Positions 54,619 to 64,000 of a stretch of 64,000 bases of DNA are shown here, in pieces (the first letter of the stretch is position 1; each line of letters starts with the position of its first letter). The notes beneath the pieces are model-generated. The model saw only the letters and a program-made list of their open reading frames with translations, had not been told where the DNA came from and did not search any database. Both the position numbers and the translations under genes were made by a program. Source of the DNA: Eledone cirrhosa (Eukaryota). The stretch is taken from NCBI GenBank assembly GCA_964016885.1, contig OZ024756.1, forward strand, positions 23,188,001 through 23,252,000, written 5' to 3'.

Positions 54619-55322
54619 AGTAATAGAGAAATAGAGAGAAAGAGAAAGAAAGAGAAAAAAGGAGAAAGTGAAAGAGACGGAAAGAGGAGAAAGTGAAAGA
54701 GACGGAAAGAGGAGAAAGAGAAAAAGAGAAAAAAGAGAAAAAGAAAAAAAAGAGAAAAAGAAAAAAAAAGAGAAAAAAGAGAAAAAGTGAAAAAGAGAGA
54801 GAAAGTGAAAAAGAAAGAGAAAGTGAAAAAGAGAAAGAAAGTGAAAAAGAGAGAGAAAGAAAGAGAGCAGCAAGCATCACAGACGTTATATTGTTACTGT
54901 TCATATTGTCCTGGTGGGATTTAAAATATTATCTGTTAAATATTTTCAGTAATTATTAACTCGAGTTGTTTGTTGAATTTTTGTTGTGTATTTTTTGATA
55001 ATTCTTACTTCTGCTTTTCATTTTGTGTGGTGGGATTTCTATATAAGATGGTTGAAGTATTGAATTAACTTGTTTTGCTTCTTGTATATTATGATGTGCA
55101 GGAAAATCTCCATTTTTTTTATCACAAATAGCAGACGACAAGAAAATGTCGTGTTTGTATGTAGGATGTTCCTTATCGGAACACTACGTTTTATGTCTCG
55201 CTAGTTTGTGGCTTCTTGTTAAACATAACATATATTACATAAACTCAACTACATATTGTTTTACAAAAATACCAGAATAAATAACATTAGCAATATCAAA
55301 CCTGAAACATGTATGTATGTGT

Positions 55323-55360
<38 letters not shown>

Positions 55361-55432
55361 TGCGGTACGTCCATAGGTTTTACTTCAGCGTATATCACAA
55401 AAGAACCACAGAAGACACACCGAGTATGTATA

Positions 55433-55503
<71 letters not shown>

Positions 55504-55563
55504 TATGCTTACGTATGTATATGTGTATATATATACGCTTACATATGTATATATACGCCTACG

Positions 55564-55598
<35 letters not shown>

Positions 55599-55621
55599 GT
55601 GTGTGTATACATATTCTTACG

Positions 55622-55671
<50 letters not shown>

Positions 55672-55869
55672 ATAAATGAAACGAAACATAGGAGGCAAAT
55701 TTACAGTTATATTGGGTTCATTTAAACTAAATTTTAGTTGAAGGGCACGTAGGCCATCGGAGCTGGGAATGACGTTTATATATATATATAATATATATAT
55801 ATATACATATACATATATATATATATACATATATATATACGTAAGCGTATATATATATACATATATATA

Positions 55870-55929
<60 letters not shown>

Positions 55930-56050
55930 TAATATATATATACGTAAGCGTATATATATATACATATATATATATGTGTATATATATGTATATATATATA
56001 CATATATATATACATATATAATATATATATACATGATATATATATATATA

Positions 56051-56674
56051 TGGTGGCTGCCAACTCATTTTCGAGTTCGGCCACTACTTTATATCCATGT
56101 AGGAGAACCCCTACTGATGCGCTGAACGAGTGTGACTTTTTAGTCCAGCCAGCGACTTGAAAACTCTGGTACAAACACGTCACTTGTGACAATTATTGAC
56201 ACCTAGTGCTGGGCCCATGCTACCATGTGACCCAAGGTGCCGTGTGAGATCACTACTCGACCTGCATACCCTTCCACAAACATTACATGTCGTCTGATGA
56301 ACACTTATAGCACCACAGATGCCTGCTTCCCTGTTCTTCTTCACTCTCAGGTGACTCTTTAGACCTGCCATGCTCAGACAAACCCTATTACAGGTATCAC
56401 ATGTCAGGTCAAGTCGTCTGTCAGTGCCTTCGGGAAGGCCAACATGGATTCCTTTCCGGATATCTCTTTTTCGTGTCGCGTGCCTTCTTGTTTCCTCAAA
56501 TAGACTCTTGCCACTAACCACTGCTTTCCTCCAATGCGATTGGTCGCTAACGCATGCTTCCCAGTGCTCAGAAGGGATGTTACTTTTCTTGAGCGCCCCC
56601 TTGATGCAGTCCTTAAATCGCATCTAGGGTTTGCTCGCGTTCCTTTTTCCAATTTGGAGCTCGCCATAAAGCAT
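56051..56674 (-). mobile_element. RTE-clade LINE 3' fragment with three C2H2-like fingers
   Basis: LYGELQIGKR..KP*MRFKDCIK..WE..DQSHWRKAV; CDTCNRVCLSMAGLKSH; CNVCGRVCRSSSDLTRH; third finger disrupted by a stop. Confidence 0.85.
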
Positions 56675-56690
56675 ATATATATGTATATAT

Positions 56691-57056
56691 ATGGTGGCTG
56701 ACAACTCGTTTTCGAGTACGGCCACTACTTTATATCCATGTAGGAGAACCCCTACTGATGCGCTGAACGAATGTGACTTTTTAGTCCAGCCAGCGACTTG
56801 AAAACTCTGGTACAAACACTACACTTGTGACAATTACTGACACATAGTGCTGGGCCCATGCTTCCAAGTGACGACAAGTGCAGAGAGATCTCCAGATATA
56901 AAGCAATGCCTGTGCCGTGAAGCTTTTATAGTGAGCAAAGACACTGCACAAAGCCAGTCCCACTCTCTTAACCAAGATGATATTTACCAAAAAGAAGAAC
57001 AAGTCAACATCATTGGATACCATCAGGGCTGCAGGTGTTATATCAGAGTTTTCCCA
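56691..57056 (-). mobile_element. Truncated copy of the bipartite RTE derivative
   Basis: Near-identical to 7696-8058; encodes [22 protein letters not shown]. Confidence 0.75.
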
Positions 57057-57239
57057 TGTATATATATACATATATTCATACATACATACAATTACACACA
57101 CGATGGGCTTCTACAATTTCCATCAAACCAATTCCACTCATAAGGTGAATCCAAGTCTCCCACTAAACGATTGACTTTGTCCGTGCCTATATCTAAAATT
57201 ACTATTAATATTTTTATTTTGTTTTTGTTTTTTTTTATA

Positions 57240-59200
57240 GAGTTCAAATCCCTCTGAAGTCAATTTTATCTCTAATCCCCCCCAAGGTTGATCTAGTAAA
57301 GTACCAGTCATATACTGGGACCTATTTAGTCGATTTCCCTCTCGCTCCCAAAATTGCTGGACTTGTTACTAAATCAGAAATCATTTTTATTACTGTTTTG
57401 AGTTCAAATCGTTCCGGGTCAATTTTGCCTTTCGTCTTTACATGTATCGATAAAATAACGTACCAGTCAAGCACTGGGGTCGCATAATTGAATTATCACC
57501 CACCCATGCTGCTAACCATGCGGCTAAATTAGTCCCAATTAAGGACGATGGATTAGCAAGAACGTTAGAGCGACATATGAAAATATTCGCGATTTCTTGT
57601 TGCGATTCTTTAAGTCCTGGATTTAAATAGAGCCAAGGTCAACTATACTTTTCCTCGGGTCGCTAAAATAAAATGACGGTTAATAGACTCCCATTTTCCC
57701 ACGAATTCTTAACCTTGTGCCTAAATTAGAAATTATTACTAAGGACGGTGGATTGGCAGAATCAGTAGAGCGTTGGACAAAATGCTTTCCAGCATTTTTT
57801 TCGGCTCTTTACATTCTAAGTTCAAATTCCGCAGAGATCAACTTTGTATTTTATCTTTCCGGGGATCAATACACCAAAGTACCAGTTAAGTGACCTAAAA
57901 GACTAAAGTAGGTCTCGACCCGGGAGGATCATCAGGCCGGTGCTTATCTCGGTTTCTGTGGCGTTAAGCGACTGAGAATACAAGGACCCCTCCCCACTGG
58001 ATAGGATGCCAGTCCATCGGAGAGTTCAACCCCCAGCTATTGCTGGTACACATTTTCAGCTGAAAATACTAGAGCAACGTGAAATGAAGTGTTTTGCTCA
58101 AGAACACAACATAAAATCCAGTCCAGGAATCGAACCCACGACATTATGATCGTGTCCAACACCCTTACCACTAGGCCACGCGCCTCCACTAAAGTATTGG
58201 GATCGATATAATTTGCTTTCCCCCACCCATATTGCCAGGCTTGTTTCTAAATTAGACACTATTATGGTGGATTGGGAGTATCGGTAGAGGGTCGGACGCC
58301 ATGCTTTGACGCATAGAGTTACGGCCCTTGCCATTCTGAGTTCAAATCCCGCCGAAGTTAACTTTGCCTTTCATCCTTACGGGGTCGATAAAATAAAGTA
58401 CCAGTAATGCACTGGGGTAATTGCTGGCCTTGTGCCAAAAGTAGAAACAATTATTATTACCCTTACTGTTATAGTTGTTTTATAACGTATAACTGGCATT
58501 CCGTCGGTTGCGACGACGAGTATTTCATTTAATACGATCAACGAAACAACCTGCTCGTGAAATTAACGTACGAATGTCTGAGCATTCCTTAGACACGTGT
58601 ACCCCCTTAACGTAGTTCTCAGGGAGATTCAGTGTGACACAGATTGTGACAAGCCTGGCCTTCACATTTCGAATTACAGGCACAACTCATGTTTGCCTTT
58701 TCGCCAACTGGAGTGTACTGAAGCAACGTGAAATAAAGTTTCTTGTTCAAGGACACAACGCACCGCCGAGAATCGAACTCACAAACTTACGATTGTGAGC
58801 CATATACCCTAACCACAAAGTCACGCACCTCCACTATCGTTTTCAACCCACCCTTAAATAACACACTGATCGACTTGCTTAAATAAGAGACGGTAAATAC
58901 TTCGATATCATCAAATTTCTTAACTCTTTACGTAGTTCTCAGGGAGATTCAGTATGACACAAGAATGTGACACGGCTGAACCTTCAAATCTTTGCCTTTT
59001 TGCCAACTGAGTGAACTGGACAATGTCCACAGAATGTGACAAGGCTGGCCCTTAGAATTACAGCTACCAACCCATATTTGCCAACTGAGTGGACTGGAAC
59101 AACGTGAAATAAAGTTTCTAGCTCAAAGAATCGAACTCACAACCTTACGACTGTGAGCCAAGTACCCTAACCCCAAAGCTACACGTACCTTCACGCTGTA
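57240..59200. mobile_element. Dense SINE cluster: several old S1 (+), a young S1 (58266-58455 +) and S2 copies (57890-58187, 58490-58832, 58925-59195; all -)
   Basis: Repeated GAGTTCAAAT..GTACCAGT bodies and CAACGTGAAAT..CAAGGACAC..AATCGAAC..CTAACCAC heads. Confidence 0.8.
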
Positions 59201-59649
59201 GTTTTCTATCCACCCTTATATAACCCATTGACCGACTTTCTTGAATAAGAGACGCTAAATACTTCAATATCATCAGAATTCTTAACCCATTTTCTATCCC
59301 ATTATTGAACTTTTTTAATCATTCTCTTTTCTTGTTTCGCCGCACTCGCTCTCCTTCCTTCTCTCTCTCTCTCTCTTCCTTTCTCTCTCTCTCCATCTTT
59401 CTTTCTCTTTACCTTTCCCTTCATCTCTTCCACCCATTTTCTTTCTCTCTCTCTCTCTCTCTCTACCTCTCCATCCAACACACTATCTCTTTCTCACCCT
59501 CCATCTCTTCTTCCAACCCATTTTCTCTCTCTCTCTCCCTCCCTCCCTCCCTCCCTCCCTCTTTTCCACCCTTCTCTCTCTCTCTTCCCCTACCTCCGCT
59601 CCACTACCTCTTTCGCTTTACCTCTACTGCCACCACACCATATCTCTCT

Positions 59650-61280
59650 GCCTCTCCACCTCTTCCACCCTCTCTCTCTCACTACCTCTCCCTCCATTTC
59701 TTCCACCCTCTCTCTCACACTACCTCTCCCTCCATCTCTTCCACCCTCTCTCTCTCTCACTACCTCTCCCTCCATCTCTTCCACTCTCTCTCTCACACTA
59801 CCTCTCCCTCCATCGCTTCCACCCTCTCTCTCTCACACTACCTCTCCCTCCATCGCTTCCACCCTCTCTCTCACTACTTCTCCTTCCATCTCTTCCACCC
59901 TCTCTCTCACACTACCTCTCCCTCCATCTCTCTCTCTTTCTCACTACCTGCATCTCTTCCACCCTCTCTCTCTCACTACCTCTCCCTCCATCTCTTCCAC
60001 CCTCTCTCTCTCACACTACCTCTCCCTCCATCTCTTCCACCCTCTCTCTCTCACACTACCTCTCCCTCCATCTCTTCCACCCTCTCTCTCACTACTTCTC
60101 CTTCCATCTCTTCCACCCTCTCTCTCACACTACCTCTCCCTCCATCTCTCTCTCTTTCTCACTACCTGCATCTCTTCCACCCTCTCTCTCTCACTACCTC
60201 TCCCTCCATCTCTTCCACCCTCTCTCTCTCTCACACTACCTCTCCCTCCATCTCTTCCACCCTCTCTCTCACTACTTCTCCTTCCATCTCTTCCACCCGC
60301 TCTCTCACACTACCTCTCCCTCCATCTCTCTCTCTTTCTCACTACCTGCATCTCTTCCACCCTCTCTCTCTCACTACCTCTCCCTCCATCTCTTCCACCC
60401 TCTCTCTCTCACACTACCTCTCCCTCCATCTCTTCCACCCTCTCTCTCACTACTTCTCCTTCCATCTCTTCCACCCGCTCTCTCACACTACCTCTCCCTC
60501 CATCTCTCTCTCTTTCTCACTACCTGCATCTCTTCCACCCTCTCTCTCACTACCTCTCCCTCCATCTCTTCCACCCTCTCTCTCTCTCACACTACCTCTC
60601 CCTCCATCTCTTCCACCCTCTCTCTCACTACTTCTCCTTCCATCTCTTCCACCCGCTCTCTCACACTACCTCTCCCTCCATCTCTCTCTCTTTCTCACTA
60701 CCTCCATCTCTTCCACCCTCTCTCTCACTACTTCTCCTTCCATCTCTTCCACCCTCTCTCTCACACTACCTCTCCCTCCATCTCTCTCTCTTTCTCACTA
60801 CCTCCATCTCTTCCACCCTCTCTCTCTCACTACCTCTCCCGCCATCTCTTCCACCCTACTCTCTCACTACTTCTCCTTCCATCTCTTCCACCCTCTCTCT
60901 CACTACTTCTCCTTCCATCTCTTCCACCCTCTCTCTCTCACTACCTCTCCCTCCATCTCTTCCACCCTCTCTCTCACACTACCTCTCCCGCCATCGCTTC
61001 CACCCTCTCTCTCACACTACCTCTCCCTCCATCTCTTCCACCCTCTCTCTCACACACTACCTCTCCCTCCATCTCTTCCACCCGCTCTCTCACACTACCT
61101 CTCCCTCCATCTCTCTCTCTTTCTCACTACCTCCATCTCTTCCACCCTCTCTCTCACACTACCTCTCCCTCCATCTCTCTCTCTTTCTCACTATCTCCAT
61201 CTCTTCCACCCTCTCTCTCTCTCACTACCTCTCCCTCCCTCTTCTTCCACCCTACTCTCTCCCTCTTCTTCCACCCTTCA
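59650..61280. repeat. Polypyrimidine compound minisatellite (CACTACCTCTCCCTCCATCTCTTCCACCCTCTCTCT variants)
   Basis: Units of ~32-40 bp with higher-order recurrence; almost no G. Confidence 0.92.
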
Positions 61281-61436
61281 CTATCTCATATTACGCCAAC
61301 TCATCCGTTCAAGCAATCGTTTAGGTCTTCAAGGTAAACATCAATCACAGCTGGGTCGCTATTTCAAAAGAAACTACACTGATTCAGCAATTTTTCTATA
61401 GCAATATATATAAACGTACATATACAAGATACATTC

Positions 61437-61746
61437 ATGTGTGTGTGTGTGTCTGTGTCTGTGTGTGTCTGTGTGTGTCTGTCTGTGTCTGTCTGTGTCT
61501 GTATGTGTGTGTGTGTCTGTGTGTGTGTGTCTGTGTGTGTGTGTCTGTGTGTGTCTGTCTGTCTGTGTCTGTCTGTCTGTGTCTGTCTGTCTGTGTCTGT
61601 CTGTCTGTGTCTGTCTGTCTGTGTCTGTCTGTCTGTGTCTGTCTGTCTGTGTCTGTCTGTCTGTGTCTGTCTGTCTGTGTCTGTCTGTCTGTGTCTGTCT
61701 GTCTGTCTGTGTCTGTCTGTCTGTGTCTGTCTGTGTCTCTGTGTGT

Positions 61747-61783
<37 letters not shown>

Positions 61784-61798
61784 TGTGTGTGTGGGTGT

Positions 61799-61844
<46 letters not shown>

Positions 61845-61865
61845 GTCTGTGTGTCTCTGTGTGTG
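61437..61865. repeat. (TG)n/(TGTC)n microsatellite
   Basis: Direct inspection. Confidence 0.95.
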
Positions 61866-62094
61866 TTCGCGCGCACTTCAACAGAATTCTAATAGATATT
61901 GTCTATAGAGGTAATCAAGGGGTGTATACATTTTGAAGACAAAGTTGATCTCAGTGGGATTTGAACTCAAAGAGCAAAAAGCCGGAACGAATACCGTAAA
62001 GCATTCTATCCGACGTTCTAACGACAGTCAGTTCGCCGCCACCTTCGCTGTCGATCGGAATAGAAACAGCAAAAACTACGTCTAAAACACTAAC

Positions 62095-62372
62095 CTTCGT
62101 CTTCAAAGGCAGGAAATACATCAGATTTGAACAGAGAAGCTTCTGATCCTCTACGAAGCTTGTGGCAAAACCCACAGTGAATGACCGCTTTCACATCTGC
62201 GGTGATGCTTCTACACACACACACACACATACACACTTCGTCTTCAAAGACAGGAAATACATCAGATTTGAACAGAGAAGCTTCTGATCCTCTACGAAGC
62301 TAGGGCAAACCCCACAGTGAACGACCGCTTTCACATCTGCGGTGATGCTCCTACACACACACACACACACAC
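62095..62372. repeat. ~140-bp tandem duplication ending in (CA)n
   Basis: CTTCGTCTTCAAAG..GGTGATGCT occurs twice. Confidence 0.85.
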
Positions 62373-62494
62373 ACAAAGATCTTGACCGATTCCGGAAGAA
62401 TATCATTCGGTTGGTTGGCGAAGACTCTTCACCAACACATTCCAAACTAGTTGACATTCTTCCATTTTTACTGGTACTAGAACTTCATCTTGCA

Positions 62495-63520
62495 AATGCA
62501 CGTGGCCTAGTAGTTAGAGCGTTGGGTTCATTATCGTGAGATTTTGAGTTCGATTCCCGGACCGGCTGGTGTGTTGTGTCCTTGGGCAAGACACTTTATT
62601 TCGTGTGGCTACAGTCCACTCTGTAGGAATAAAGAAGTTGCGAAGTCACTGGTGCCAAGCTGTATCGACCATTGCCTTTCCCTTGGACAACATCGGTGGC
62701 GTGGAGAGGGGTGGCTGGGTGGCATGGGTGACTGCTGGTCTTCCACAAACAACCTTTATCGTGCTTGTACCCCCAACATCGGTGGCGTGGAGAGGGGTGG
62801 CTGGGTGGCATGGGGGACTGCTGGTCTTCCACAAACAACCTTTATCGTGCTTGTACCCCCAACATCGGTGGCGTGGAGAGGGGTGGCTGGGTGGCATGGG
62901 GGACTGCTGGTCTTCCACAAACAACCTTTATCGTGCTTGTACCCCCAACATCGGTGGCGTGGAGAGGGGTGGCTGGGTGGCATGGGGGACTGCTGGTCTT
63001 CCACAAACAACCTTTATCGTGCTTGTACCCCCAACATCGGTGGCGTGGAGAGGGGTGGCTGGGTGGCATGGGTGACTGCTGGTCTTCCACAAACAACCTT
63101 TATCGTGCTTGTACCCCCAACATCGGTGGCGTGGAGAGGGGTGGCTGGGTGGCATGGGGGACTGCTGGTCTTCCACAAACAACCTTTATCGTGCTTGTAC
63201 CCCCAACATCGGTGGCGTGGAGAGGGGTGGCTGGGTGGCATGGGTGACTGCTGGTCTTCCACAAACAACCTTTATCGTGCTTGTACCCCCAACATCGGTG
63301 GCGTGGAGAGGGGTGGCTGGGTGGCATGGGGGACTGCTGGTCTTCCACAAACAACCTTTATCGTGCTTGTACCCCCAACATCGGTGGCGTGGAGAGGGGT
63401 GGTTGGGTGGCATGGGTGACTGCTGGTCTTCCACAAACAACCTTTATCGTGCTTGTACCCCACAGAGGAAATTTCTAGATGCAAAACCCATGGACATTCG
63501 TGACCGAAGGGGGTCTTTGC
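62495..63520 (+). mobile_element. SINE S2-type (tRNA head, CORE-like) with an internal 86-bp unit expanded 9 times (62688-63461)
   Basis: GTGGCCTAGTAGTTAG A box; GAGTTCGATTCC B box; GTGTCCTTGGGCAAGACACTT; unit starts every 86 bp from 62688 to 63376. Confidence 0.85.
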
Positions 63521-63605
63521 TCTTTTTCTACTCCTCGGACCTAACTACCGTTTAAGCACCTCCTACTCCTGGCACTATCTCACCTCCTCCTACTCCTGAT
63601 ACTAT

Positions 63606-63662
<57 letters not shown>

Positions 63663-63743
63663 CTCATTTACTGCGCCCTCTTCCTCAACGTTCTGCATGA
63701 ATCAGTTCTTTCAATCCTCGATAGATATTTAGGTAGGCAGATG

Positions 63744-64000
63744 GTGTGTATATATGGGGAAGTGTGTATATATTGTCTGGTGTGTATATATGGGGAAGTG
63801 TGTATATATGGGTAAGTGTGTATATATTGTCTGGTGTGTATATATGGGCAAGTGTGTATATATTGTCTGGTGTGTATATATGGGCAAGTGTGTATATATT
63901 GTCTGGTGTGTATATATGGGGAAGTGTGTATATATTGTCTGGTGTGTATATATGGGGAAGTGTGTATATATTGTCTGGTGTGTGTATATGGGGAAGTGTG
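63744..64000. repeat. Minisatellite of alternating ~18-bp subunits (GTGTGTATATATGGGGAA / GTGTGTATATATTGTCTG)
   Basis: Periodic up to the window end. Confidence 0.9.

Noticed and set aside
59225-59280. Minus-strand CTGATGA..GAAAGTCGGTC
   Set aside because: Stem I is only 3 bp, stem II is offset, stem III is mismatched, and the nearby duplicate does not conserve it

Overview
This is a repeat-dominated, AT-rich eukaryotic window, intergenic or intronic. The tRNA-derived SINE families and the density of (TA)n, (TG)n and (TATG)n suggest an octopus genome (inference from sequence recognition). No host protein-coding exon is supported, and nearly all ORFs in the track are microsatellite translations. 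Real coding remnants are all transposon-derived: RTE-clade LINE pieces, a Tx1/L1-clade LINE 3' part and a mariner fragment. Main finding: many short islands between (TA)n tracts belong to at least 8 families of small non-coding elements carrying minimal type-I hammerhead ribozymes (HHR). The pattern is stem I - CUGANGA (or the U3/A8 variant UUGAAAA) - stem II - GAAA - tiny, mostly palindromic stem/loop III - NUH - stem I, followed by a 30-155 nt tail that ends in (TA)n. About 14 complete or near-complete ribozymes were found by eye, plus 8 half-ribozymes. Many copies have a fold-back 5' end with arms from 35 bp to 1 kb. In one family the fold-back turns inside or next to the ribozyme's own hairpins at a different point in each copy. 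This architecture points to non-autonomous Penelope-like or retrozyme-type retroelements that target TA microsatellites. All structures were folded by hand and ribozyme activity is untested.
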